A DNA stretch of 62,978 nt, filler included. It is 7 parts of 7 records of this genome, joined end to end, with 100 filler letters (N's around TTAATTAATTAA, not from the genome) between each part and the next. Parts side by side here need not be neighbours in the genome. Positions count along the whole stretch, not along the records: positions 32,181 to 48,932 come from DRR723986_9448; 6 more parts are not named here. One strand, 5' to 3'. A program made the translations under genes and the position numbers. How positions within the stretch are numbered: the stretch's first letter is position 1; the number at the start of each line of letters is the position of its first letter. This document shows positions 32,203 through 44,200 of the stretch, one piece after another. Under the pieces are notes generated by a model. It was not told the origin of the DNA and ran no database searches. It saw only the letters and a list, made by a program, of their open reading frames with translations.

Positions 32203-32385
32203 GGTGTCTACTTGGCATTTTTTTAGACTTTCAGACAATTCCGTGACATGCCACTGGAGCCCCAGCGACAAACAAAACACTCAATAAAGCCTGAGGACAA
32301 ACGGAATGGAAAGCGCAGCTTGAAGTGAAGAGCAGGACTCAAAGCGATCAGGGTGCGGTCAGAGGGCGCTCAGAAAACAGTTGAT

Positions 32386-34380
32386 TTAATCTTCATCGTC
32401 AAATTCGAGGGTGTACTCGTCGTAGAGTTCCTGAGGCAAGGTTTCTACAAAACGCGAAGGACGGCCCAGGACCATTCCTGTTTCACGGTCGTAAATGTTA
32501 ATCGGATAACTCATGAACAGGTGATCGGCGGCACGGGTACAGGCCACATAAAACAAACGGCGTTCCTCCTCCAGATCCTCGGTACTCTTGAAAGAGCGCA
32601 CGGGAGGGAAACGTCCATCCAACACCCAGATCACAAACACCGCGCGCCATTCGAGGCCCTTGGCGCTGTGAATTGTTGAAAGTGTTAAGAGCGACTCATC
32701 TTCGTCGTTGGTGGCGGAGACGTCTTCGAGAGACTCAACCGGAGCCTCAAGCGCCATATCGGCCAGAAGTTCATCCATTGAGGCATAACGTTCAGCAATC
32801 GTCTGGAACATTTCAATATCGCGCGAACGCTTGTTGTGATCGTCGTATTTGCGCTTGAGTGTGGGCCAATAAAAATCGATGACAGCGGCGACACATTCCT
32901 CAACGCCGACGCGCTTTTTGTTTAACTTACTGAGCATACCAAACAGTTCAGCGACGCGCTCATTGCCACCCGCCAGACTCTGATAACGTTTAATATCAGA
33001 CCAGGTGGAGCTACTTTCGGTGACAGCATCAACAATGGCTCCGGCGCGGCGTGGCCCGATGCCTTCGAGCAAAAGCAGAATCCGGTTCCAGCTGACGGCG
33101 TCACGGGGATTAACTAGAACACGCAGGTGCGCAATGACATCCTTAATGTGCGCTGTTTCGAAGAATTTAAAGCCACCAAACTTCTGGAATGGCACGTTGG
33201 CTTTGTTAAGGAAAAGTTCGATGTCGGAGGAGTGATGTGAAGAGCGGAAGAGCACGGCCATGTCGCTGAGTTCCAGGCCTTCCTCGCGTAGGTTGAGAAT
33301 CTGCGAGACCACAAATTCGGCTTGCTGCTCTTCGTTATCGGCTTTAATTAAGTACGGCAACTCTTCGGCCAGGCGGCGTGTAAAAAGTTCCTTTTCAAAC
33401 TTTTGAACCGCGGAGTTCATTATCTCATTGCTAAGATCAAGTATCGGTTGAGTGCTGCGGTAATTTTCTTCGAGTTTAATAATCGTGCACTCTTTTTTGA
33501 ATGCCTGGGGAAAGTTCATGATGTTGGCAAAATTTGCCCCACGGAAGGAATAGATACTCTGGGCATCGTCGCCCACGGCCATGATATTTTCGGCCTGACC
33601 GGCCAGGTGCACTACAATTTCGTGCTGAGGGATATTTGTGTCCTGGTATTCGTCGACCAGAATGTGTTTATACTGACGCTGAACCTGGTCGCGAACAGCC
33701 GGCACGTCCTGCAGAATCCGATGCAAATAAAACAATAGATCGTCATAATCCATCAGATTATGCTGTAGTTTATAACGTTTGTAGGACTCGGCAAGGAATT
33801 CGATTTCGGTGGTTTCTTCCACAAACTGCGGGTACTCATTCTCAATAACATTGGGAATGGTACTGGCGCGATTCATGGCGGCAGAGATAATGTTATGAAT
33901 GGTTTGTTTACGCGGAAAACGTTTCTTGCGCGAGCCGACAACCTGGGCACGAAGCAGGTTAACAACATCCTGCGCATCACTTTGGTCGAGTACGGAAAAG
34001 CTGGAGTCGAATTTGATATGTTTGGCGTGGCGGCGGAGAACCTGGTTGGCAAAGGAGTGGAATGTACCACCGGCAACATGTTCACAACGTCCATCGAGAA
34101 GCATGGTGGCGCGCCGCAGCATCTCACCTGCGGACTTGCGCGTAAATGTTAACAAGAGAATCGCGCGCGGATCAACACCATCTTCCACGAGCCGCGCCAC
34201 CCGATATATTAATGTGCGAGTTTTACCTGTTCCTGCTCCAGCGATAATTAGTGCCGGCCCGCCAGCATGCATGACGGCCTGATGCTGTGCCGCATTTAAC
34301 TCATCGGCATAACGAATGGTGTAGTGCTGCCCCGGCCCCTTGGAACGTGCGGTGACTTTTTTGAGGCTTAACTTTTTCAT
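32386..34380 (-). CDS. UvrD/PcrA/Rep-family ATP-dependent DNA helicase
   Basis: AGAGTGKT, VDEYQDTN, VGDDAQSIY, EENYRS, TIHSAKGLE, EERRLFYVA motifs. Confidence 0.95.
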   Translation of the reverse strand: MKKLSLKKVTARSKGPGQHYTIRYADELNAAQHQAVMHAGGPALIIAGAGTGKTRTLIYRVARLVEDGVDPRAILLLTFTRKSAGEMLRRATMLLDGRCEHVAGGTFHSFANQVLRRHAKHIKFDSSFSVLDQSDAQDVVNLLRAQVVGSRKKRFPRKQTIHNIISAAMNRASTIPNVIENEYPQFVEETTEIEFLAESYKRYKLQHNLMDYDDLLFYLHRILQDVPAVRDQVQRQYKHILVDEYQDTNIPQHEIVVHLAGQAENIMAVGDDAQSIYSFRGANFANIMNFPQAFKKECTIIKLEENYRSTQPILDLSNEIMNSAVQKFEKELFTRRLAEELPYLIKADNEEQQAEFVVSQILNLREEGLELSDMAVLFRSSHHSSDIELFLNKANVPFQKFGGFKFFETAHIKDVIAHLRVLVNPRDAVSWNRILLLLEGIGPRRAGAIVDAVTESSSTWSDIKRYQSLAGGNERVAELFGMLSKLNKKRVGVEECVAAVIDFYWPTLKRKYDDHNKRSRDIEMFQTIAERYASMDELLADMALEAPVESLEDVSATNDEDESLLTLSTIHSAKGLEWRAVFVIWVLDGRFPPVRSFKSTEDLEEERRLFYVACTRAADHLFMSYPINIYDRETGMVLGRPSRFVETLPQELYDEYTLEFDDED

Positions 34381-34404
34381 GCAGGGCTCGCAGAAATAGA
34401 TGCA

Positions 34405-35631
34405 TTATACCAGGTCAAAATCATTCGTAATTGTGCCTTTGCGAACGGCATGGCCGATTACAAGTGTTAATCCAATCAGCAGGCTGATCACTCCGCCAAA
34501 TGCCGTCATAAGTGCGACGCGCGGCGATGTTTTACTCAGCGGTGTGCGGGCCTCATCCAGCACCTGAACGGTAGCAATGTCGCGTTCTTCCTGAATGGCT
34601 TCCTGCGCACGTTGGGCTTCGAGGAAGGCGTGAATTTTCTCACCGACTTTAATATCGCGTTCGTATTCAAAGTATTGACGCGATAGTGATGGGATGTCAT
34701 CCAGCGAAATTGAGAAAGCGTCGTCTTCCACGAGTCCGCCCATTTGAATGCGGCGATACTGTTCTTTTAGCGTTGCGAGTTCCTGTTCAATTTCGCGAAT
34801 TTTGGGCGTATTGGCGTCCAGCTGCTGGCGCGCGACTTCGAGTTTAAGTTGGGTCTCGGCAATTGTGGTTCCGATGGCAACAGCATTTTGGACAATGGCT
34901 GTGGCCTGGTCTTCGAGTGCCAGAATTTTATTCTCGCGGCGGAAGGCTTCCATTTTATCCTGAAGCGTATCCAGACCGGCACGTGTTTGCGCCATGTATC
35001 TTTCGATATACAAACGCGTGCCGCGTGCCGCTGAAACGGTTTTAGCATGGTTAAGACTATCGAGCACACTAACGGCGGAGTTAACAAGGCAGGCCGTCAT
35101 TTCAGCGGTTGCACGCTGTTCCGTGCTATCGGAGAACCAGGGTGTTTTGAGTGCGCTGAGGACTACAATCAATCCTGCATTGTTAATATCGTACACAAAC
35201 GCGGACTGAAGTGATTCGATTAACTTTTCCTCATCCAGGTCCTTAAACTGGTGGAAGTCGCGCACGGCGCAGCGGTCGGCAACGGCTTCGCAGAGCGTGC
35301 GGCTCTTAAGAATGTCAACGAATCTTTTGGAACGTTCTCCGCCGCCACCAAATTCGCCCAGATCCAGCCCAATCGAACTACTACTAAGAATAGAGGAAAG
35401 GCCACCACCGCCGTCCTGCTCAGGCGGCATGACGGAGGACCAGGTTGAATAGGTCTCCGGCATTATCTTGGCATAAACAAAGGTTGCGATCATTCCAACA
35501 ATCAGGAGCAGAAGCAGGAGCATGCGTTTGCCCCAGGCAACGGTCCAGATGTTGGATAAAGTTATCACATCCAGTTTGCTTTGTGAATGTGCCGAGTTAT
35601 TCGGCTGTGCTGCATTAGCCATAAATTGCAA
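34405..35631 (-). CDS. Wzz/GumC-type polysaccharide co-polymerase
   Basis: Two terminal TM helices, central coiled coil, VQVLDEARTPLSKTSPR motif. Confidence 0.85.
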   Translation of the reverse strand: MQFMANAAQPNNSAHSQSKLDVITLSNIWTVAWGKRMLLLLLLIVGMIATFVYAKIMPETYSTWSSVMPPEQDGGGGLSSILSSSSIGLDLGEFGGGGERSKRFVDILKSRTLCEAVADRCAVRDFHQFKDLDEEKLIESLQSAFVYDINNAGLIVVLSALKTPWFSDSTEQRATAEMTACLVNSAVSVLDSLNHAKTVSAARGTRLYIERYMAQTRAGLDTLQDKMEAFRRENKILALEDQATAIVQNAVAIGTTIAETQLKLEVARQQLDANTPKIREIEQELATLKEQYRRIQMGGLVEDDAFSISLDDIPSLSRQYFEYERDIKVGEKIHAFLEAQRAQEAIQEERDIATVQVLDEARTPLSKTSPRVALMTAFGGVISLLIGLTLVIGHAVRKGTITNDFDLV

Positions 35632-35758
35632 TGGTCCGCAATTGTGTTAATCCTGTGTTGTAACTGATGAAGCGCGGCGGCACTTCTGGATACCTACCCG
35701 GTACGCGGGCTCAGACAGTCAATTCCGACCGATCGATAATCACGATGCAGGCGAATGT

Positions 35759-37456
35759 CTAATTGGTCCTGGCAATTGACACCACTACGGCGACAATTGT
35801 AAAGAGCTGAGTGGCAATCGTCAATGCCTCAGTGAAGACGTCAAGAAACTCGGTTTCGGGTTCCTCCGGCACCAAGATTCGGTCTCCAGGCTCAAGTTTG
35901 TAATTGAAGTCTTCAGCCAGAAACTGCTCACCCTTGGATTTGACCACGAGTGTTCCGCCCTCATCCGCCCGATAGCCATAACCACCGGCAAGAATGATGT
36001 AGTCGGAATAATTGAGATCCGGCTGGAAAACAACACGTCCAGGGCTGTTGACGCGGCCGAGTACATTGATGTAATCTTTGCGGCTGGGAACGTAGATTGA
36101 ATCTTTGTCCTGTAGAATCAGGTTGTTCTCATCCTGGTCTTCATCATAGAGCAACTGAAAATCGACGGCCATCAGACCTTCTTCTTCACGTGCCCGAGCG
36201 CGGTAATACTTCAATTCGTCCGAACTCATCTCTGAAGGATCCAGCCTTGAGAGGCGCACGAACTCTTTGTCGATTTCACCATAATCGGCGCGGCGAACAA
36301 CAACGGCTCCTTCCAGCAGAGCATTATTGGTAAATCCACCGGTGCGGTCGATTAGTTCGCGCAATCGCACGCGATTACGCGAAATCGGGTAGCGGCCGGG
36401 ATAACGGACTTCACCTTCAACTACGACGGTTTCCGTGGAGAGCCAGTCGGGCTTAAAGCGAACGTTGACCCTGTCTCCTGCCTGCAGCGGGATGTCTCCG
36501 TCTAAACTTTGGCTCAGGAAAATTTTGTCTTCCCATGATGTTAGATCCAGAAAAAAACGATCAATCAGACCGTCATTTCCAGTGATGCGGCCAAGTTCAA
36601 TTGAGTCGAGGAATGCAGAGGGCGCCAGGCCACCGGCAAAACGCAATACGGTGGAGAGACGGTCACCTTCTATAAACTCATAACGTCCGGGGTACGGCAC
36701 CGCACCGCGCACATCTATGATTTTGCGATCGTAGGTCACCGGGACAAAAATGCGGTCACCGCCTTGCAGGGTAGGATTGTTGCTGTTATCGGCAAACCGA
36801 TAGAATGACTGCAGGTCTACGTTCAGATTCAGTGTTGAGGTATCACCGGTGTGACGCATTACCTGGATGCGGCGCAAAGAGGAGTTGTAGAGCATTCCCC
36901 CGGCGCGTTCCAGCACTTCGGACACGCGATCTGCGGCCGTAGCTTCAACTGTTGAGGGTTTGCGCACCTGGCCAAGCACTATCACCTTAAAGGTGCGCAG
37001 CTTGGATAAAACGACGGCAACCTCAGCGGTTCGGTAAACCTTTTTACACGCCACGCGCACAAGCGAATCGGCGGCATGCAGAGTTTGATTGCGCAGGTCA
37101 ACAACACCGACCCCAGGAATGAGGATTTTACCTTCCGGTGAAACGCGCATTGAATGTTCGAGTGGTTTACTGGTCATGACCGAAACCGTCAGAACGTCAT
37201 TTGGCCCCATCATATATTCTTTGGGGTCAATTTCACGTTCCAGCAGCCCGGCTGTTCCCTTGGCCAACTCCTGGCCAATTTTGTAGGCTACGGTATCATA
37301 TTCTCCGGCGGACCGGAAGTCCCGTTTAGGCAAACGGATATTATCGTTCTCGTACTCAATTTCCTGCGCACCCGAAGGCATACAGAGAATAAAACTGAGT
37401 ATTACACTACACAGCAAGGGAGCCATGCCCCGCATCGGCAGACTGGATGTTATCAT
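35759..37456 (-). CDS. Polysaccharide export protein with multiple SLBB domains (Wza/KpsD-like)
   Basis: EYMMGPNDVL poly_export start, repeated GxVxxPG and LxxGDRIxVP SLBB motifs. Confidence 0.88.
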   Translation of the reverse strand: MITSSLPMRGMAPLLCSVILSFILCMPSGAQEIEYENDNIRLPKRDFRSAGEYDTVAYKIGQELAKGTAGLLEREIDPKEYMMGPNDVLTVSVMTSKPLEHSMRVSPEGKILIPGVGVVDLRNQTLHAADSLVRVACKKVYRTAEVAVVLSKLRTFKVIVLGQVRKPSTVEATAADRVSEVLERAGGMLYNSSLRRIQVMRHTGDTSTLNLNVDLQSFYRFADNSNNPTLQGGDRIFVPVTYDRKIIDVRGAVPYPGRYEFIEGDRLSTVLRFAGGLAPSAFLDSIELGRITGNDGLIDRFFLDLTSWEDKIFLSQSLDGDIPLQAGDRVNVRFKPDWLSTETVVVEGEVRYPGRYPISRNRVRLRELIDRTGGFTNNALLEGAVVVRRADYGEIDKEFVRLSRLDPSEMSSDELKYYRARAREEEGLMAVDFQLLYDEDQDENNLILQDKDSIYVPSRKDYINVLGRVNSPGRVVFQPDLNYSDYIILAGGYGYRADEGGTLVVKSKGEQFLAEDFNYKLEPGDRILVPEEPETEFLDVFTEALTIATQLFTIVAVVVSIARTN

Positions 37457-37614
37457 ACGATCCGATTACACGTGAATGAAGGAAGCTGGAAGGATACCCG
37501 GTTCGGTCCTGCGGCACAGCTCAGTTGTGGCAATTGATTGCCTCAACAGAACTTTTCGCAAATTGCGAAAGCAGAGATTCGCATAACTCGAACACACAAA
37601 TTATTTATTTCCCT

Positions 37615-38439
37615 ATGATTGACCAAGGTTCCGAGAAATACGCAGAGATTCCTCGCTTACTTGATTTTGCCATAACTCAGGCACGGCGCGCAGGCGAATT
37701 ACTCCGCGAGGGATTTGGAACAGCTTTCCAGATCGGCGTAAAAGCGGGCGACAGCAGCCATGATCTGGTAACAGAATATGATCGGGCGGCCGAAGAGCTG
37801 ATAGTAAGTGCTCTACAAAACACGTTCCCGGGCCACGCGATTTTAGCTGAAGAAGGCGGAGAGAAGTTAACCGACGACCCTGACGCGATACGCTGGATCA
37901 TTGATCCGCTGGACGGCACCGTCAACTTTGCTCATGGTATTCCGCTGTTTTCGGTCAGCATTGCCGCAGAATGGAAGGGCGATATCCTGTGCGGCGCTGT
38001 TTATCAGCCGATGCTAAACGAAATGTTTCATGCAGGCAAACATACAGGAGCATTCCTCAACGGGAAAGGCATTTCTGTGTCCGGGGCCGCAAAATTACCC
38101 CAAAGTCTACTTGTAACGGGTTTTCCGTACAACATTCACGAAAATCCGGGCGGAACAATCGAACATTTTGCTGCCGTCCTCAAACAGGGCATTCCCCTAC
38201 GCCGCCTGGGCTCAGCAGCGCTGGACCTGTGTTATGTAGCTGCAGGGCGTTTTGATGGATATTTTGAGATTGAGCTAAAACCCTGGGATGTAGCCGCCGG
38301 ACAATTGATTTTGCGCGAAGCCGGCGGACGTGCCAGCGACTATTCCGGCCAGGAGTATCGGGTGAATCACGGACCAATTATTGCCACCAATGGAAAAATC
38401 CACGAGGCTTTGATTCAGCTTCTGAGAGATGCCGACTAA
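37615..38439 (+). CDS. suhB: Inositol monophosphatase family protein
   Basis: [28 protein letters not shown] motifs. Confidence 0.9.
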   Translation: MIDQGSEKYAEIPRLLDFAITQARRAGELLREGFGTAFQIGVKAGDSSHDLVTEYDRAAEELIVSALQNTFPGHAILAEEGGEKLTDDPDAIRWIIDPLDGTVNFAHGIPLFSVSIAAEWKGDILCGAVYQPMLNEMFHAGKHTGAFLNGKGISVSGAAKLPQSLLVTGFPYNIHENPGGTIEHFAAVLKQGIPLRRLGSAALDLCYVAAGRFDGYFEIELKPWDVAAGQLILREAGGRASDYSGQEYRVNHGPIIATNGKIHEALIQLLRDAD

Positions 38440-38591
38440 GGTATCGCAATTTTGGTCAGCATTTTAGAAAGTGCTTTATCATCCGTATTTTCCCGGCTTG
38501 CTGTGTGCATGTGCCAACACACATACGCCTGGGACACAATTGCTCGGTTCCCTTTCTCGATTCTAACGCACTCACAAAACGATTCCAACCC

Positions 38592-40133
38592 ATGAAACTG
38601 ATCTACAGTCTAATCTTTCTTTTACTCGCAAGTACTTGCACTGCCCTGGCTCAAGATCCTGAGGCGACTTCCAGTGCGCCGGGATTTGATGCACAAGTAG
38701 ATGAATATTTAAAACCTGCCGCGCAGATTATTGAAGATATCATCTTTTTCACCGTGCCGGTTTCCAGCAGTCACGAGATACCTTTTGTCCTGCTCTGGTT
38801 GATAGCCGGTGCAGTCTTCTTCACCATCCGAATGGGTTTTATCAATATTCGCGGATTTGGCCTGGCCATCCAGGTGGTCCGCGGTGTATTTACCAACCCC
38901 AAGAATAAGGGTGAAGTTTCGCCGTTCCAGGCATTGGCAACGGCACTTTCTGCCACGGTGGGCCTTGGAAATATTGGCGGGGTGGCAATTGCGATTGCTG
39001 CCGGTGGTCCGGGCGCCACGTTCTGGATGGTGTGCGCGGGCCTGCTCGGGATGTCCTCCAAATTCGTCGAATGTACGTTGGGTGTCAAATACCGCGAAAT
39101 CGACAAAAACGGTGTGGTTTCCGGTGGTCCGATGTATTACCTTTCACGCGGACTCGCCAAGCGGGGTGCCGGTTTGGGGGCATTGGGAACGGGGCTGGCA
39201 ATCATTTTTGCCATCGCCTGTGTGATGGGGTCGTTTGGTGGCGGCAACATGTTTCAGGTAAACCAGGCCTATGCGCAGTTCAATAATATGATGGTAGGTT
39301 TTGTGCCGGGCTGGAGCATGGAAGGCTGGATATTTGGCCTCATCATGGCTGGAGCGGTTGCGGTTGTAATTCTGGGCGGTATTCGCAGCATTGCACGCGC
39401 CACTGAAAAGATTGTACCGTTCATGTGTGGTATCTACATACTGGCGGCTCTAATCATTATTGGTTTGCACCTGGGTGACATTCCCGGAGTCATTGGCCAG
39501 ATTTTCAGTGGAGCGTTCACAGCCGAAGGCGTTACTGGTGGTTTTCTGGGTGTGCTGATTCAAGGGTTCCGTCGCGCGGCTTTCTCTAACGAAGCCGGGA
39601 TTGGCTCTGCATCAATTGCCCACTCCGCAGTGAAAACCGACGAACCTATCAGTGAAGGGATCGTGGCTTTGCTGGAACCATTTATCGACACGGTGGTTGT
39701 TTGTACGATGACGGCGCTTGTGATCATTATCACAAACAATCATTTGGATTCGAACGTCGCTGATGGAGTTCTTCTAACCTCGCGAGCTTTTGAATCTGTC
39801 ATTGGTGGATTTGACATTGTCCTCTCGATAGCCGTCATTTTGTTTGCCTTCTCGACGATGATCTCCTGGTCTTACTACGGCCTCAAAGCATGGACATTCA
39901 TGTTTGGCGATTCGCCGGTGGCGGATGTAAGCTACAAGATTTTGTTCCTGACCTTTGTGGTATTGGGTGCTGCAATGAGCCTTGGATCCGTCATTAGAAT
40001 ATCCGATGCGATGATCTTTTTGATGGCATTCCCGAACATTTTGGGTCTGATTTTGTTGTCAACTGAGATACGTCACGACCTGACATCTTATCTGGACCGA
40101 ATCCGCAGCGGAGCGATTGCGCGTTTTAAGTAA
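38592..40133 (+). CDS. Alanine/glycine:cation symporter (AGCS family)
   Basis: [35 protein letters not shown] motifs. Confidence 0.93.
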   Translation: MKLIYSLIFLLLASTCTALAQDPEATSSAPGFDAQVDEYLKPAAQIIEDIIFFTVPVSSSHEIPFVLLWLIAGAVFFTIRMGFINIRGFGLAIQVVRGVFTNPKNKGEVSPFQALATALSATVGLGNIGGVAIAIAAGGPGATFWMVCAGLLGMSSKFVECTLGVKYREIDKNGVVSGGPMYYLSRGLAKRGAGLGALGTGLAIIFAIACVMGSFGGGNMFQVNQAYAQFNNMMVGFVPGWSMEGWIFGLIMAGAVAVVILGGIRSIARATEKIVPFMCGIYILAALIIIGLHLGDIPGVIGQIFSGAFTAEGVTGGFLGVLIQGFRRAAFSNEAGIGSASIAHSAVKTDEPISEGIVALLEPFIDTVVVCTMTALVIIITNNHLDSNVADGVLLTSRAFESVIGGFDIVLSIAVILFAFSTMISWSYYGLKAWTFMFGDSPVADVSYKILFLTFVVLGAAMSLGSVIRISDAMIFLMAFPNILGLILLSTEIRHDLTSYLDRIRSGAIARFK

Positions 40134-40162
40134 ACAGCAGCAAACTTCCAGGAATATCGTGT

Positions 40163-40204
40163 AGCCTGCACCGGGTCTGAGACTGGGTGCAGGCTCATTT
40201 TTTT
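40163..40204 (+). terminator. Rho-independent terminator
   Basis: AGCCTGCACC...GGTGCAGGCT hairpin followed by T7. Confidence 0.8.
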
Positions 40205-40239
40205 CTCTCATGAGCGAGCGAAAGACGACAGCATAGCCT

Positions 40240-41121
40240 ATGCAACTACACACGTATATCATGTCCGGTGCAGGCAACATGTTTACGGTAATTGACCGCC
40301 GCAAACACGCTTTGACGCTGGAAGAGGCTGCCCGCAATACACCACAACTCTGTGCACCTGGAGAATTTGCTCCCGACGGCACTGAGGGCCTCATGATGCT
40401 GGATGTGGGGGATGCCGAACACGATTTCCATATGGAATTCTTCAACCCGGACGGCTCGCATGGAGCTATGTGTGGCAATGGTGGCAGGTGTGCTTTGCGT
40501 TTTGCTGCGGAAGTTGGGCTGGTGGATGCCACCCCAGAGAAGCGCTACCGCTTTGACGTGCTGGATCAAACCTACATGGCCGAGATTGTCGGTAGCAACA
40601 TTCGCTTGTTCCTGCCACCACCGCGCAGCATTGATTTTCCATGTATACTTAAGCTTGACAGTCACTTCCTGCCGTATGCCTATGTGGATGTTGATTCGGA
40701 TCACGCAGTTATGGATATCAAGGATGTCCAGCAGGTTTTTGGCGGTTCAATTCGCTTGTTTGACCTGCAGCATTGGGGCAGCAAGGTTCGTTATCACAAG
40801 GACTTTGAACCGCGCGGCGTAAACCTCAATGTTTTCGCCTTCAACGCAGATGGTACGGCGGATATTCGCACTTACGAGCGCGGTGTTGAGGCGGAGACAG
40901 GTGCATGCGGGACCGGTTCAGTCTCTACGGCCTTGATGATCAACAAAAAGTATGGCATTCAAACTCCGCTTGAACTCATCCCACCCAGCGGTGAAAAGAT
41001 CATTGTGGATTTCAAACCATCGGCAAACAATATCGAATTTTGTATCCTTGAGGGGCCTGCGAGGATTATAGGTACACGTAACGTAGAAATTGATCACGTA
41101 GCGACAAAAACGGACCAATAG
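40240..41121 (+). CDS. dapF: Diaminopimelate epimerase
   Basis: GAGN, NPDGS..MCGNG, RTYERGVE.ETGACGTG motifs. Confidence 0.92.
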   Translation: MQLHTYIMSGAGNMFTVIDRRKHALTLEEAARNTPQLCAPGEFAPDGTEGLMMLDVGDAEHDFHMEFFNPDGSHGAMCGNGGRCALRFAAEVGLVDATPEKRYRFDVLDQTYMAEIVGSNIRLFLPPPRSIDFPCILKLDSHFLPYAYVDVDSDHAVMDIKDVQQVFGGSIRLFDLQHWGSKVRYHKDFEPRGVNLNVFAFNADGTADIRTYERGVEAETGACGTGSVSTALMINKKYGIQTPLELIPPSGEKIIVDFKPSANNIEFCILEGPARIIGTRNVEIDHVATKTDQ

Positions 41122-41203
41122 CCCTCGTTCCAGAACGTCTGCATGCCCAGATACAACGCTTTATTTTTTGTTGAAGCAATCGTTTTTACCTTGACTCAAA
41201 ATA

Positions 41204-44200
41204 ATGCGCCACAGAACGAGACGATTGGTGTGCTGGTGTTTTTTTAGTGATTGTATGGTGAACCCTACAGCCCCGATAGAACAGCGCCTTGCAGTGGACG
41301 CCCCCAGGCCCGCCTGTGGAACCTCCCCAACACGCTTGAGTTTGATGCTCGTGTTGTCACTCTGTGCTCTGCTATTCCTGCCTGATGCTTCGGTACATGC
41401 GCAGGAACGCGACAGCCAGGGCCGTGAGTTTTTCCTCTGCTTTCCTCCAAATTACCACCAGACCGGCGGCCAAAATCAACCCCTGGACAGCCTCTATATT
41501 TGTATTACGGCAGAGAAAGAAACCAGAGGGCGAATCGAATACCGGGACCGCTCCGGGCGCGATTACATACGCACTTTTGAATTCACACCGCCGATTACAC
41601 GCCACGTAGAAAGTTTTGCCTATCTGGATTTTGAACTCCAGGGTGACAATCTGGATGGTTTGCTTAAAAACCCAGAATCCCAGAATGAAACTACGGCGGC
41701 ACAGGTCTTCAGGGTAGTGATAACCAGCACCCCGGAAGTAAGCGTTTTTGGATTAAATCACGCGGGCGCATCCAGCGATGGATTTATGGCCCTCCCGGCT
41801 GATGCTCTTGATGGCTATTACACGCTTCCTTCGTTGCCTTCCGACGTCCGCGTAATCGAAAACCGCCTGGCAGCCTCCAGCACACCGTCCCAGTTTGCGG
41901 TCGTAGCTCTGGATGACAACTCCGAGATTTTAATCCAGCCCGGTGCGCCGCTTCCGAAGGCCGACGAAGGTCCGCTCCGCATAACCCTGCAGCGCGGAGA
42001 AGCATACCTGGTGCAGTCGCGCATGTCACCAAATGAAACACAAAATGACCTGACGGGCACGATAGTGCTTAGCGATGGACCACTGGCTGTTTTTACGGGA
42101 CATCAACGAACACAAATGCCGGCCGGCGGTTCGCAAAATTCGGCAACTCAAGACCACATCTTACAGCAAGTGGCTCCTGTATCCACCTGGGGTAAAGAAG
42201 TCCGGGTAGCTCCCCTGGCAAATGCTGCCGATGATGACGGTATTGGTAGTGATCTGATACAGATATTGGCAACCAACCCCGAAACGACGATTAGAATTAA
42301 CGGTAGCGAACGCGCCGTACTTCAGGCTGGAGAAACATTGGAAGAGTTGCTGGACCAGGCACTCTTTATCGTAGCCGACGAGCCGATTTATGTTACGCAT
42401 TATCGGCACTCCTCTTCACTGGTCGGTTCGGCAACGGCGAAGCTGGGCGACCCTTTCGCCCTGCCCTTAACGCCATCTGAGCAGTGGCAAAATGAGTATC
42501 ACTTCTCGACTGCACAGGCTTATACAAATTTGGAGTCTCCCGACCGGCGCAGCTTTGACCTGCAATACCTGAATGTGGTAATCCGCAGCCAGGACGTTCA
42601 GGGCCTGACACTAAACGGCGAATCGCTCGGCGCCGATCAATTCCGTCAAGCAGAGTTTGGAGACTTCGTGTATGCCAACATCAAGCTTGATGACGGCGCT
42701 CATGTTCTGCGGGCTGATCAGTCCTTTGGCGCTCATGTTTATGGTTTTGGCAAAGCCGAATCCTACGCCTACCCCGCCGGGGCTGCATTGCTGCCGATCA
42801 ACCTTGACTGTAATGCTGATGCCGGTGCGGCAATCACAGTCTGCCAGGGCGATACGGTCACACTCAGCGCCATCAGCAGTGGTTTTGGCAATCAAACTAC
42901 GTACCGCTGGTCGCCAGACGAATTTCTGATTACCTCTCCATTTGCCAGGCAGCTGCGCTTCCGCGCAGTCGAAACCGCCTGGTACAAAGTGATAGTTCGT
43001 GACGAACGCGACTGCCGTGCCGAAGACTCGGTGCTCGTGACCGTGACTCCCCGCCCGCGTATTAATGCCGGTGAAGATCAAATTCTATGCGTTGGCGAAA
43101 CCACCCAACTTGGATTTGAAGAACTTGAAGAGCCGATTAGCTCCATCCGATGGTCCCCGGCCGATAAACTAAATGACCCCACTTCGCCCGCTCCAACTGC
43201 TTTTCCTGAAGTATCAACCGGTTTTGTCGTTGAAGTCGAAACTCTCAGCGGCTGTGTCGTTTATGACACCGTCGTTGTGAATGTTCGGCCGCGCCCGATT
43301 GTAGATGCCGGCGAGGACGTCGCCATTTGCCGCACGAGCAGCACGGAACTCCAGGCCAAAGGTGGTGTGGATTATGAGTGGCGGCCTACCGTCGGCTTAA
43401 ACAATCCCAACATTTACAACCCAATCGCCCGCCCCACACAAACGCAGAAGTATTTTGTGCGGGTCACCGACGAGTTTGGATGTGTGAACGAAGACTCAGT
43501 CACAGTCATAGTCGAAGACTGTGCCCCCTGCGAAGAGATATCAGGTGTCATCAATGACTATGCCTCCGTCATTACAATCGACAGAGCCAGCAGACGCGTA
43601 CGTGTAGTTGACGCATCCAGTTTTGCACCCGGTGACCTGGCCATGATTGTGCAGATGCAGGGCGCCGACATCAATCTGGATCAATCCGAAAATTATGGCA
43701 GGATAAACTCCATAGCCACAGCTGGTGCGCATGAATTGGTGCGCATTGCAGATATCAGCCTGAACTTCCTCAGCACGGAAGGCCCAATAAACAACTCTTA
43801 CGACGACGCCGGCAAGGTGCAGGTCGTTCGCGTACCTGAATATGACCATGTGACCGTCACTGATCGTTTACATCCTGAGCCGTGGAATGGAAACACGGGC
43901 GGCATCCTCGCAATGGTGGCCAACTGCCTGATTGTTGAGGATACTATTTCAGTGGACAGTTGTGGGTTCCGTGGCGGTGAATATGAAGTGCAATCCGGCT
44001 GCCTTTTTGAGCCCAATACAACTGATTGGGTCTCCGACCAACTCTGCCGATTTTCGTATCGCGGTGAAGGTGTTGCAGCGTATGGTGACGGTCGATTCAT
44101 TTACGGTCGCGGCGCGCCGGCCAACGCTGGTGGCGGTGGAAACAACCACAATGCCGGCGGTGGCGGTGGTGCCAATGGTGGGCCGGGCGGCAGCGGCGGC

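Noticed and set aside
32386-34380. UvrD helicase as part of an anti-phage system (e.g. Gabija)
   Set aside because: No adjacent OLD/TOPRIM nuclease; the TOPRIM gene at 8143 is on a different contig and lineage.
38440-38591. Glycine riboswitch upstream of the alanine/glycine symporter
   Set aside because: Conserved aptamer motifs (GGAGA...CCGAAG...CTCTCAGG) not found.
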